The notes: generated by a model from the sequence alone, not told the origin. DNA of 64,000 nucleotides from Piromyces finnis finn (GCA_002104945.1 MCFH01000028.1:1-64000); one strand, 5' to 3'; counted from the first letter of the stretch, positions 15,159 through 28,837 are shown. Translations and numbers: made by a program.

Positions 15159-16158
15159 ATGGACGCTGTATCTGCTGCTACTGTACAAGGTGCTGGAGGA
15201 ACTGCTTCAACAATGGCAGGAAATACTGCTAGTGCTGCTGCTGCTAGTAATGATCTTTCTCCATATGCACAAGTTTTCCAACAATTATATCCATATAATA
15301 ATGTTGTATGTTTAATATGAATTTTATTATTTTATTTTATTTAATGATACTTCTTTAACTATTAATCTTGATTTCTAATTTCTAATGCTTTTTATTATCC
15401 TATAATTCTGTATACATAAAAGTTATTACAATCATCGCAAAATCATGTGGCACAATTTGGTTTACAAGGTACAAATCAACAAGCTGGTGCTACATCACCA
15501 TCACAAGCTCCAGATGCTATAGCAGCTGCAGCCGCAGCTTTAGCTTCTGGTGTAGCTTTCCCAAATAATACTTCATTGATGGCTGCAGCTGCAGCTGTTG
15601 GAGGTGCTTCAGCAGGTGTTGTACAAAATACCGGTGAAGAACCACTTTATGTTAATGCTAAACAATACCATAGAATTTTAAAGAGAAGAGAAGCTAGAAC
15701 AAAGTGGGAAGCATATAATAAAAATCCAAAGAAGGTTAAAGTAAGTAAATTTTTATATTTTTTTTTACCATTACCAATCTATATTGAATATTAACCATAA
15801 AAATCAATGTATGTAAAAAAAAAAGGGTTATTTACACGAATCTCGTCACAAACATGCTATGAAACGTCCACGTGGTCCAGGTGGTCGTTTCTTATCATCT
15901 AAGGAATTAGCTGATATGGCTTTACAAAAACAACAACAAGAACAACAACAACAAACACAAGCACAACAACAAAATCAAACACAACAAACCGTATCACAAG
16001 TACAACAGCAAGTTCAACAACAAATTAATGCACAAAATTTAAATCAAAATTTGAATGTAATAAATACAGCTAATGTTCAACAAGTGAATCCACAGACCGC
16101 TTCTCAACTTTCACAACAACTTTTAAATCAAGGAGTTATGCAACAACCAACTCAATAG
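15159..16158 (+). CDS. HAP2: CCAAT-binding transcription factor subunit HAP2/NF-YA (CBF-B), 3 exons
   Basis: Exons 15159-15305, 15423-15740 and 15826-16158 all join in phase 0. The conserved core EEPLYVNAKQYHRILKRREAR...GYLHESRHKHAMKRPRGPGGRFL spans intron 2. The N-terminus is Ala-rich and the C-terminus Gln-rich. Confidence 0.95.
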
Positions 16159-17866
16159 ATAAATAAGATTTTCTTTTGTATAAAAATACTATATAATATA
16201 AATTATGAGTTTTCATAGTTTTTTTTTTTTTTCTTTCTTTTTTCTTTTCCATTTTTACTTTTTTTATTCCCTTTTTTTTATTTTGTGCAAAATTATTTAT
16301 TAACTATTTATTCTATACAATTTAATAATATTAACTTAAAAATAAATTATGTTTTTTTTTTTTTTTCAAAAAAAAAAAAAAAATAATATATAATAGATTT
16401 TATATTCTATTTATTATTATCTTTATCTAATTTAAATATATCTTTTTTTATTTTTAACTATTTTATTCAAATACATCTATATATTTTATGATTAAGAATT
16501 TTCAATAGTGTAATAATAAAACTTTTAATATTTATTATTTTTTTCTTTATATATATATATAAATCATTAAGTTTAACTATAGTACTTTTGATAACAAGAT
16601 TAAAGATTAATATTAAATTCAATAATAATAATAATAATAATAATAACAATAATAACAATAAAAATAAAAATAATAAAAATAATTAAAAAAAAAGTTGTTG
16701 TTGTTTTAAAGGGTGTAAATACAAGAAGAAGTGTATTCTCTTTCTAGTCTAAAAAAAAAAAAAAAAAAAAAAATGAATGGTATAGAAAGAATGTGTATCA
16801 ATCAACCAAAGTTTTTTTTTTTTTTTGAAAAAAGAATTTCTTGGTTTACATTATGTATTTTTTTTTTAATAATAAAAAGGAAAAGGATGATAAAGATAGG
16901 ATTAAGGATACATTTAAAAATATCGACAATTAAAAATCATAAATAATAATAGCTAAATAAAATAGAAAGAAAAAACAAATAGTGTTATTATGAAATTTTT
17001 AAAGTTTTTCTTTTATAAAAATGAATTGTTTTAATTAACAAAGATGAAAAGGTAAGAGAGAAAAAGGAAATCCATTCCTTTAGAAAGTTTATAATAATTT
17101 CAAGTTTAATTTAAAATTTTATTATGTTTCTTCCACTTTTTTTTTTTTTTTTAAAAAAACATATTAATTTTCAACAAATGATTTTTTAGTAGATTAATAT
17201 AAAAAAGTTTTTACTTTTTTTTTTTTTTTTTTTTTCAAATAAAATTATTAGTTAAAAATTAATTTACCATTAAAAATATAAGCAAATTAAAAGTTGTTTC
17301 AATTTTTATCAATTTTCAATTTTTTTACCCATTTGAATTTACTTTTAAATATGTAAAATACTTTTTTTTTAAAATTAAAAAAAAATATTCTTTTCTTTAC
17401 TTTTTCTATTATACCTATATATATAATACTATACTTTAATGATAAATTAGAAATTAAATAGAATCAATGATGATAAGCATAATACTGTTGTTTATTCTTT
17501 TTTTTTTTTTTTTTTTAATTTTAAAGCCCGAAATTGATAATTACTAGTACTAATCACGTGAAGAAAACTTTAATGTTATTTTATTGTTACAATTATTATT
17601 TTTTTAAATTCAGCAATGAAAAAAAAAAAAAAAAGTAATCCTTGTTAAATGACGATAATTATAAACACAATAATATTAATATTAGCATATAAAAGAATTG
17701 AATTTTTAAATCTACAAAGTGTTTATGATAAAATATATAAAATATTACAACTTAAGTTGTACTACAATAAAAAGTTAAGTAATTTATATATATGGATAGA
17801 GTTTTTTTTTTTTTTAATATATAGTTAAAAAAAATAGTCATGACTAAGCAAATATTTTGTTTGTGT

Positions 17867-18177
<311 letters not shown>

Positions 18178-18899
18178 ATAATAATAATAAAAGTGTAATA
18201 TTGAAAAAATCTTTTTTTCTTTTTTATATTTTGAGTTGAAAATTTACATCATTATATCAATACATTCTTTTTTTTTTTTAATATAAAGTTTAAAAAGTTT
18301 TTCATTATAAAACTACTATAATTATGGTTTATTAATTCAATACAGGAAAGAATATAAAAAGAATATTAGGTCTATTAAAAATTGTTAAGATGTAAAAAAT
18401 TACTTATTTTAATATTTAAAAAAGAAAGAATTATTGAGTCATAGAGTTTATAATAAGTTTTTTACCCTTTGGTTAAACCTATAATAAAATTATTAAACCA
18501 AAAAAAGTTTTTTTTTTTTTAATATTAAATGTATTCTATTTTCTGGTTGCTTAAATATAATTACAAAATGTTATGGATTATGCATTTACATATGTATATA
18601 TTTATATTTTTAATAATCTTTTACATTATTATACATTATAGAAATAATTAATAAATTTGAATTAAGATATTGGGTGGGTGTGGATCAAAATCAAGTCACA
18701 TTCATTTTATATTAATTATGGCTGGCTGGTGGAAAAAATAAAATTAAAAATAAAAAAAAAATAAAAGGATAAATAAATAGGAAAAAAAAAAGTTTTTAAT
18801 TTTTGTGAATTATTATTAAAATTTCATTTCATTTTATAAAAAGGTCTTTTTTTTTTGATTTTATTGGTATAAAGTGAAATATATAAGTGATTAATATAG

Positions 18900-19463
18900 A
18901 TGGAAAATAAACAAGTTAGGGCGGTATATAATGAAAACACTATTCGGGTATACCAAGCCTATTCTAAGGAAATTGGTGAAGAAGCTGTAAGATTAGGAAC
19001 TTTTGGACCGAAATTTAAATTAAGTAGAATGACTTGGATAAAACCTTCATTTTTATGGATGATGTATCGTTGCGGATGGGCAACAAAAGATAAAAATCAA
19101 GAATGTGTATTGGCAATAGATATTAAAAGAGAAGCCTTTGATTATATTGTAAAAAATGCAATTTCTTCAAGAAGACCAGACATTACTGAATGTACGGTTA
19201 CGGCTGAAGAATGGAAAGAAAAAGTTAAAAATTCAGATATTCGAATTCAATGGGATCCTGAAAGAGATATTCATGGAAATCCCTTAAATTATCGTTCCAT
19301 TCAGCTGGGTTTAAGAGGAAAAGCAGTTGAAAATTATGTTAAAGAATGGATTGTTCATATTGAGGATATAACAAATTATGTACAAGATTTAAATCAAAAG
19401 AAAAAAGAAGGAATAGATATTATACCCCTTTTACCAAAAGAAAAGGTTTATTCCATGTCCTAA
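18900..19463 (+). CDS. DUF4291 family protein, intronless, bacterial-like
   Basis: 187-aa ORF with the family motifs IRVYQAY, RMTWIKPSFLWMMYRCGWA, IRIQWDPERD and RSIQLGL. It has no introns and no low-complexity tracts. Confidence 0.85.
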   Translation: MENKQVRAVYNENTIRVYQAYSKEIGEEAVRLGTFGPKFKLSRMTWIKPSFLWMMYRCGWATKDKNQECVLAIDIKREAFDYIVKNAISSRRPDITECTVTAEEWKEKVKNSDIRIQWDPERDIHGNPLNYRSIQLGLRGKAVENYVKEWIVHIEDITNYVQDLNQKKKEGIDIIPLLPKEKVYSMS

Positions 19464-20387
19464 TTTTATAAAATAATCACCACAACATAATGTTTAATGA
19501 ATAACATTGAAATTTAATTTATACATTTTATAATTTAATTTAATTAATTATTTCTTTGAGAATTGATGGAATAATTGCTATATATATTATCTATACTATT
19601 ATTACAATTAATAATTTTTGTGTATTTATTGTTCATTACCATTACTATTACCATTACTATTATTATCTATTATTATTATTATTATTATTATTTTTTTTTG
19701 CTTTGTATATATTTATTTTTTCTTAATAATTAATAATTTCTTCATTTCTCAAAAAATAAAAAAAAAGAATCAATACATTTTGTTAAATAATTTTATTATA
19801 AATCAGCATTATTGTAGTAAATAAAAGTTATAATTATAATACTAAACGCATTAGCAATAATGAAAATAAATAAATGAATAATAATAAAAAAAAGTATATT
19901 TCATTATATTCATTTGTCCATGGCATAAGCTTCAAAAAAATATAATTAGACTTCTCTCAAATACTTTATCCATAACTGATATATTTCAAAGTAATCGATA
20001 TAAAAACTTTTTTTTTTTTTTGCTTAGAATAGAATAAATAAATAAAAAACTCTATAAAAGACTTTTTTTTTTATTACGACCATTGATAATATAAACATTT
20101 TGATTAGAATTATTTTTTTAAAAAAAAAAAAAAAAAAAATTTTAAACTTTTTTTTAAAAGTTTGATATGTAAATTTAAAAATTATTGAAATAAAAAAAAT
20201 TTTTTTATCCTTCCTTTTACATACATTCTCTACCTAAATAATAATATTATCTCTCTCTTTCCATATTTATTGTAAATATATTTATATTTTGAAAAAAAAA
20301 AAAAGTGTCAATATTAGATATCTAGAAAAACAAACTATTCAATAATATAGTTATATTTATTTAAACTTGGTAAACTTTTATACCAAA

Positions 20388-20521
20388 ATGACTTCAAATA
20401 GAATGATACAAACCCGTTTTCCATATAAATTTGGGGTAAAAGGAAGAAAGGTGACAAACACTGATATATCAAGTAATAATATGGTATATTTCAAATTTTT
20501 ATATAATTATTAAATGAATAG

Positions 20522-20568
<47 letters not shown>

Positions 20569-23500
20569 TTAAAAGAGTTTTGTAACAAATGACAAACAGC
20601 AACTTGAATTAATTTGATATTCAATGTTGAAATGCTTTTTTTTATTATTATCATTGTTAAGATAAGTTAAAGCTAATTATTAGTAGTATAAAATTATAGC
20701 TAAAACTTTTTTTTTTTTAAAAAATAAAACTTTTTTTTTTTTTAATTAAAGAAAAGTATTAATAATTTTATTTATTATTCTATATCCCTTAATTGTAATA
20801 ATGTAATAATTCAAACCATTGTAATTTAAATAATAATAATAATTGATATATAAAAGAGTTCTAATAATGGAAAAAGTTTAAAAAAACGCAGATTACATCA
20901 AGGTAAAATAGACTTTGGAAAATTTGAAACTAAAGTTAATTCACAAAATGATTTGAAATCTTCGTCCAATTCATCTTCTATCGTTTCGTCTTATTTTCCC
21001 TTAAATTCAACATCAAATAAGAAATCAATACATTTACATCAACAAATGTTATCAGATTTAAATTATAAAAAGGTTTCATCGTCTGTGGTCTTAAAGCGAA
21101 TTCAAAATGAGTATTATAAGGAACAAGAACAAAAAGAAAAAAAGTATGAAGACTATGTAGAAAAAATAATAGAAAAAAACCCTTATTATAAAAGAATAGA
21201 AAAACAAAAAGGTGAAAACAAAAAACCTCGTCGAAGAACACAGGAAAACAATCAAGAAGAAAGTAATGCAAGTCCAATAGAAATAAATGATGAGGAGGAG
21301 GATGAATGTAAAAGAAAAGAAATTCGTCGCCATTCAACAATTATTATTAGTGACGATGATGATGATGAAGATGAAAAGGAGGATGAAAATCATAATAATA
21401 ATAAAGATAAAAAGAATGTTAATGATTATGATGATAAGGCATATGATGAAATTACCGATGATACGAAAAGTAATTCAAGTCAAGAAATTATTGTAAAAAA
21501 GAAGGTGTCAGGTATTAAACGAAAAAGATCAAGGATTATTGAAGATGATGATGAAGAAGAAGAAGAAGAAGAGAACAATTCTACTAATAAAAACAAATCC
21601 TCCATAGAGGATAAATCAATAAATAGGTCACAAAAGAGTATTATAAAATTATTAGATAGTCCTTTAAACAAAGAAATGAAATCAAAAGTTGATCAAACAA
21701 CCCCACACTCATCGTATAAAATATTAAATGGAATTGATCATTTCAATCTAAATCAGTATTTAAAAGACACTACATTAAAACATAATCGAGTTAATTATCA
21801 ACTTAGTTTAAGAAAAAAGAAAGTCAAGGATACCTCAACACTTGAGAAAAAAAGTCATGATACATTAAAAATTGACATGGAGAGTAAAACACATTCTAGT
21901 CAAAATATAAATGAGGAAAACAAAAGAATAGATAATAAAAAAGATGAGATGTGTCAGGAAGATTCAATTGAAGAAGAAGAAGAAGAAGAAGAAGAAGAAG
22001 AAGAGGGAACAAGTAATGCAGAAACAGTTGAAGCAGATGATGATAATGAAATTAGTTTAATGAACGAAAGTGACAGCGGAGAAACTCAATCCATTTTAAA
22101 AAATAAAGGTTCAATTATTTTGTTTGAAGATGATGAAATATTCGATGAGAATTACCAAAATCAAAATGATACTAGTGAATGTAAGGATCCAAGGAAAAGT
22201 AATTATCAAAATCAATTTATATTAAATATATTAAAGAATAAATATAGTTTAAGGAACAATACCAGTCATTATTATCATGGTAAAAATAATGTTGATACTA
22301 CAATTGATAAAAAAAATAATGATAATAGCAATTACCACCCCACCAACCATTATAGAAAAATCAATAGCAATAATGATATTAGTATTATGTCTAATGTAAC
22401 AGATTTAGAGGATGAAAAGAGTAATAGTAGTCATCAAATAAATGAAAGGAATAATATTAATTGTAGGAAGGATGACTATTTGAATAATAATAATTTGAAA
22501 AAAATAAAAAATAATAGTACTGATTTAAGACCAAAGATTAAATTAGGAAATTTATATGATTATATAAAAATTGTGAAACATAAAGATAGTTATGATCGTA
22601 GGAAAAATAATTCAAAATTGGTTTCGGTTTCATCGATAGCTTCTTCATCATCATCCTCAATGACGTCAATGAATACAACTAAATCTTTAAATAAGCGTAT
22701 GAAAATGCCAACATCAACTGTAAAACAACCTCAAATTACTCAGAGTCAAACATTAAATAAAAATAGAAATAATTATTATTTGGAATTAAATAGGAAAAAG
22801 GATAAAAAAGATAATAATGATAATGATAATAATAATATTAGTAGTAGTGGTGGTAGTAGTAGTAATAATAAAAATAATGATAAAATAATTAAGGATAAAG
22901 TAGAAAATGGATATAATATTGAAATTGATTATGATCATATTATTAATAATTTAAATATGGATTCTAACGTTAATCATACTAATCATACTTTCCATATAAA
23001 TAAAATTAACATTAATCAACAACAGAATGAAAGAAAGTTTAGTAATGAAGAAGAAGTGATAGTCATATCAAGTCCTCCTGTTATTGCTGTGCCAACTCCT
23101 CCTCCTCCTCCTCATCCTAAGGAGATAACCAACAACGACGTATCGAAAGAAACAAGAATATCAACATTTGCTATTCCAACAACTCCGCCACACCCACCTT
23201 CATCATGGATATCCATTTCTTACTTAACATCTAATATAATAACTGATAATATTATACCGTATCTTTTTCAAGATCAAGATCAAGAAAATGGAAAGCTAAA
23301 TTTTAATTATGAAAAAAGTAATTGTCTCTTACAATTCCTTTTATCTGATGTTATGAAATGGTTTTCAAAATCATTGTGTTTTGCTTCTCCATATCATCTT
23401 TTTCAACATCTTTGTAATCTTCCACTTCAAGAAATGGCAAAGGTAAAGATCTCACCCCATTTTAAACTTTTGAATAAAGAAATTTATGAGGATTTAAATC

Positions 23501-24391
23501 AATTAGGACTTGATTATTATTCAAATCGTTCGTAAACATAACTGTTTTTTTTTTTTTTTTTTTTTTTTTTTTATTATTATTAATATTTGTATATATTTAA
23601 GTTTTAATATTCAAAAATTGTAGTAAAATTGTAAAATTTTGATGTTTTTATTAACTCTATTATACTATAAATATTTCTCCTTAATTTATATAAAAAATGG
23701 TATTGATGATTAATGTATTAATATATTTTATATAATTATATAATTATTATATTATTTTTCTTTAGAGCTAACAAAAGAAGACTATAAAAAAATTTTAATC
23801 AACAAAAGAAAAGAAGTTGAACGTTTTTTAAGACATTTTGATTTACAGCCATTATTTGGAAATTATATTGGGTTAAGTCGAATGGAAAGATATCAACGAG
23901 CCATAGTCATGGCACTTTTAGATGACCTATACTATCATTATTATAATTTGTCCAAAAAACAAAATTCAGCCGTGTTGTTACCGTCACACCTCTCTAATAA
24001 ATATAGAATCCTAAAAAGTAGTATGAATAACTTTTTTCATAAAACAAAACAATATGTAAAATCCAAGAAGGAAAAGAACGTTGAAGAACAAAAAACTATA
24101 GAGATGCTTGATAAACAAATTAAGCATTATCAAAATAAACTAAGATTAATTTATTCAGAAAGCTCACCGACATCGTCATCACCGACGTCTTCATCTTTAT
24201 CCAATGAAAAAAAGAAAGTAGTATGTGGAGATGATGATGATGTAAAAACAAAACTATTAAAAGATGATATTTATACACTTTATGAAAATTATGGTGGATT
24301 TTGGCCACCTCAACCAGTATTAGGATTTATAGAAAGTTGTGAAGTAAATGATAAAGAAATATTAGAATCTATTAATTTTAAACCCTACTAG
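20388..24391 (+). CDS. ~1130-aa mostly disordered protein with a C-terminal split DNA polymerase delta subunit 4 (POLD4/Cdm1)-like domain, 3-exon model
   Basis: Exons 20388-20483, 20857-23527 and 23766-24391 sum to 3393 nt and stay in frame. The GTTCGT donor at 23528 and TAG acceptor at 23765 join ORF 20953-23535 to ORF 23882-24391. The joined segment EVERFLRHFDLQPLFGNYIGLSRMERYQRA matches the POLD4/Cdm1 core L..FD....G...G..R..R..RA. Confidence 0.6.
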
Positions 24392-24565
24392 TTTTTTTTT
24401 TTTTTTTTTTAATGATTAAATGTTATTTTGGAAATTATAATAAAAATCTTGTACATAAATAAATAATATAAACATGTATATATATATCCTAAAAAAAAAA
24501 AAAAGACAATGATAACAAGATTATTTTGAAAAAAGTAAAGATTTTTTAATTAATTATTTCTATAA

Positions 24566-24645
24566 GTATCTGTATCTGTATCTGTATCTGTATCTGTATC
24601 TGTATCTGTATTTGTATTTGTATTTGTATTTGTATTTGTATTTGT
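24566..24645. repeat. Hexamer microsatellite (GTATCT)n changing to (GTATTT)n
   Basis: Directly visible tandem hexamers with one unit switch near 24610. Confidence 0.9.
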
Positions 24646-26401
24646 GTATTTTTTTTTTGGGCATAAATCATATAATATATAATAATATAAAATGCCTGAT
24701 AGATTAAGGATCATTTTATTTCTCATTTGAACTTATTATTATTATTATCATATAGATGATATAGATGATATATAGATAATAATTGCCAATTATTTATTAT
24801 AATTATTAAAAAATACAATTAAAATATTATCATTATTATAATAATGTATTATGGAAAATACATTGCAAATAGAAAAACTTTAATTATATTTAAATTCATT
24901 CAAAAAAAAAAACCAAGAAATATTCATATACTATTGTTATGAAATACAGAAATTTATATTGTTTATATTTTTTTTATTAATTTTTAATTTATTGGAGTTT
25001 GCGGCGGTAAATACGTTATGTAAAATAAATATATAATCTTTTTGTTGTAAATAAATAGTCATTGTTAGACTATTAATCTATCATTATATACTTCATATTA
25101 TTATTCTTTATTATTCTAAAATAGTATTAAAATTATCAATATTAATCTATATATTACTGGCTGGATTTGCAATATAAAAATTATATATATATATATATTT
25201 TAAAAAAGGTAGTAGAATTTAATATAGTATTTACGAATTCATTAGTATGGTTATTCCTATTATTCCTATTCGTTTAGCATTGTTGTTAACATTATTAATT
25301 AATTTTTTCTTATGATTATTTTCTTTTTAATATTAATTATTTTTAAAAGTATTCCTATTGAAACGCATAAATACTAACCCATTTTCTGTAAAACAAAAAA
25401 CAAAAAACAAAAAACAAAAAACAAATAATACTATTTATATTTAAATCAAGATAATCAAAAATTAGTTCTTTTTGAAATAGTTATCTAAATCATAGTTTAA
25501 CAAGATTATTTTGATGTTAAATTATATATAGAAAATGAAAAACTCTAAAAGTTTAATCTATATAATATTATGCTTTTAAATAAGAATAAATTATTATATT
25601 ATTATTCTCATTCTCTTTTTTATTAATTATATTGTATTTCCATATATTTAATAGAGGAAAATTAGAGTTTTTTTTTTTAATTTTTTTTATTATTTTACAA
25701 TAAAAAAGTTAAAGTATGTAGGTAGCGTTTATTCAATAAAAATAATAAACTTATTTTAATTTTTTTTTTTTTTTTGTTCTTTAAAGCATGGTTTCTTTTT
25801 CAAATTTAAATTTTATTTTTTAGTTGAAAATTTTCTGTATTTTTTCTTTGCTATATTTAATATAAATTAAATTAAAATTTGACATTTTTTTTTTCTGTAT
25901 TTTTTTAATAAAACTTTTTATTAAAAGAAACTTTTTTTTTTTTTTTTATATGTGCTTTTATATTGAATTTTTTTTTTTTTAATTATATTATAAATATTGT
26001 TATAGTAACAAAATTCTAATCTCAATAATCTCAATAATATTAATTTTTTTTTTTTTTAAAAAATGGCTGATATTTATTTAAAGAATTTAAGAATATACGA
26101 AATAATGAAATAGAAGAACTATTAATAATAAATTTTTATTCATTTTAGGTTAAATGCTTAAATGATTGATTTAATCAAATACAATTTTTTTTTATAAAAG
26201 TTTCATAAATAAATGGATATCATTTTATTCTAATCTATTTTTTTTTTTTTAATAATAAATATTGATGTAATATACATTAATAAATGTAATTCTATTATGT
26301 ATATAGAATGAAATCAATATAATGACATGTAGCAAAAAATTATTATTATAATGCATATGAAAAAAAAAAAATAGAAATATTTAATTATTTTATTAATATT
26401 G

Positions 26402-26481
<80 letters not shown>

Positions 26482-26543
26482 CATAATAATAATAATAATA
26501 ATAATAACAACAACAACAACAACAAAAACAATAATAATAAACA

Positions 26544-26590
<47 letters not shown>
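26402..26590. repeat. (AAT)n microsatellite with aac variants, ending in an inverted (TTA)n tract
   Basis: Directly visible. It explains the poly-Ile ORFs at 26314-26668. Confidence 0.9.
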
Positions 26591-26592
<2 letters not shown>

Positions 26593-27649
26593 TATATATA
26601 TATATAATTACATTAATTACATCAATTTTATTACTGTAGGCATTATTAAAATATTATTAGAAAAATAAAAAGTATTTCTACATATTTTTAAACCTTTGTA
26701 CGAATAGATAAATAGTTAAATCGTCCATACAACTATTATAAATAGTATGGATGAATGAATGAAGGAATTAATGAATATATAAATCTAACTACAATTGTTA
26801 TTCAATGATTATTTTTTAAATAAGAAATTCATCTAATGAAAAGTAAAATAATAAAAAAAATGTGAAAATACTTAAATTTTATTGGATCAAATAAAAAATA
26901 AAACCATGAAAATTTAATTCAATTAAATCAAACTTTATTTATATATATATATATATATATTTTTTTTTTTTTGAATTTACCAACCACTTTACTACAAGAA
27001 GAAAAAACAAAGACTTATAATAATATGATAAAAAAAAAAAGAGGTTAAAATAACATTGTTTAATATTTAAAAGAAATATAAAGTTTTTTAAATTTATTAT
27101 TTACTTTTATAATAGATAAAATATATTTAATATATATTTATAATATACTATATATTCATATATAAATTAAATTTTAATGAAGAAACAATACTTTATGCAT
27201 TACCCATTTTTTTTATTAAAAAAGAATTAGAGTAATATATTAATATTTTTATATATTAAAGTAAAAATTAGCACGCTGGTGATTACTATAATAAGTAGTT
27301 GATATATAATGTATTAATTATTAATTATATATTATTATATGAATGTATTTTTCAAGATAAAGATTAAGTTTTATAATCTCTTTTTTTTTTTTTAAAAAAA
27401 ACTTTAAAATAAATTAATATTTATCCATGATATAATAATAAAAAAAGTATAAATAACCAAGAATTTCTCTTTTCAATTTTTTTTAATTGAAATACTTTAT
27501 TAAACATTTGAACTAAAGAAATATATAACAATAATAAAATATTTATATAAAATTAAAAAAAAATGTTGCTATAACAATAGAATCAAATACAATTTTAGTA
27601 TTTAAAAGAATAACCTTTATAAATTTATTATATAAATTTAATTTATTTT

Positions 27650-27778
<129 letters not shown>

Positions 27779-27874
27779 TTTATAAAATTACTATTAAAAT
27801 TAAAAAGAAAAAAATACACCTATATATTATTGTAATAATAGTTTAAAATAATAATTAATAATATAAACATCAAA

Positions 27875-28837
27875 ATGCGTCTTGATATTCCAGAGTTAAG
27901 CCAAGGATCTGTTGATTCAAACGTTTTATTAAAGAATATTTATATCTCAAAGATGAAGAATAATAATGCTGGTTATTTTTCATTCTTAAGAGAAGCTGAA
28001 ACCACTAAATATATTCCAACCGGTCGTTCTTTAGGTACTGGTTCATTTGCTATTGCTATTGAAGTTGCTCATATTGAGACCGGAAAGAAATATGTTGCAA
28101 AAATCATGACTTCTGATAAATTAAGAGGTTATGAAAAGGGAATTGAAAAAGAAATTCAAATCATGCAATATTATTCCAATGCTCTTTCCAAAATGGATAA
28201 GGACAACAATGACAACAACAACAATCTTTTAAGATTAATTGATTGTTTTAGAATTGTTACTAATGGACAAACACATATTTGTATGATATTAGATTTATGT
28301 GATCCAAATGATTTATTTGATGCTATTTGTGATAATGGAGCATTTTGTGAAGAAGAAGCCAAGAAAATGATGAAACCAATATTTGAAGCAGTTCATTGCT
28401 TACATCAATGTGGTATTGTTCATCGTGATATTAAGGCAGAAAACATTCTTTTAAAAGATGGCAAACCAATTCTTGCCGATTTTGGATTAGCAGAATTTTG
28501 TGAATTAGGTAAAAACACATTGACGGAATATTGTGGAACACCTGGTACTACAGCACCAGAAATCATTAAGAATGAACCTTATGGAAATAGTTGTGATATG
28601 TATTCCCTTGGAGCATTAACATACTTTTTATTAGCCGGATATCGACCATTTGATTGGGCAGAAGATGCAAGAGATGAAAGAGATGCAGTATTAAATAATA
28701 AATTTAGTTATCCAGAAGAAAGTTTCGGAGAAGTATCACTTGAAGCCCAAGATTTCATCAATAAATGTATGATGATTGATCCGAATGAAAGAATGACATC
28801 TGAAGAAGCCTTAAACCATCCATGGTTAAAAGAATGA
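27875..28837 (+). CDS. Ser/Thr protein kinase, CAMK group, copy 1 (intronless)
   Basis: GTGSFA glycine loop, YVAK lysine, HRDIKAEN, DFG, CGTPGTTAPE, DMYSLG, and the ending ERMTSEEALNHPWLKE. Confidence 0.93.
   Translation: MRLDIPELSQGSVDSNVLLKNIYISKMKNNNAGYFSFLREAETTKYIPTGRSLGTGSFAIAIEVAHIETGKKYVAKIMTSDKLRGYEKGIEKEIQIMQYYSNALSKMDKDNNDNNNNLLRLIDCFRIVTNGQTHICMILDLCDPNDLFDAICDNGAFCEEEAKKMMKPIFEAVHCLHQCGIVHRDIKAENILLKDGKPILADFGLAEFCELGKNTLTEYCGTPGTTAPEIIKNEPYGNSCDMYSLGALTYFLLAGYRPFDWAEDARDERDAVLNNKFSYPEESFGEVSLEAQDFINKCMMIDPNERMTSEEALNHPWLKE

Noticed and set aside
17550-17562. TCACGTGA palindrome (Cbf1/bHLH-type site)
   Set aside because: A single 8-mer not clearly linked to a gene start, so it cannot be supported as regulatory from sequence alone.
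23697-23770. Independent start for the POLD4-like ORF at ATG 23697
   Set aside because: Both available donors are phase 0 and give AGC TAA after the 23765 acceptor, and the unspliced frame also stops.
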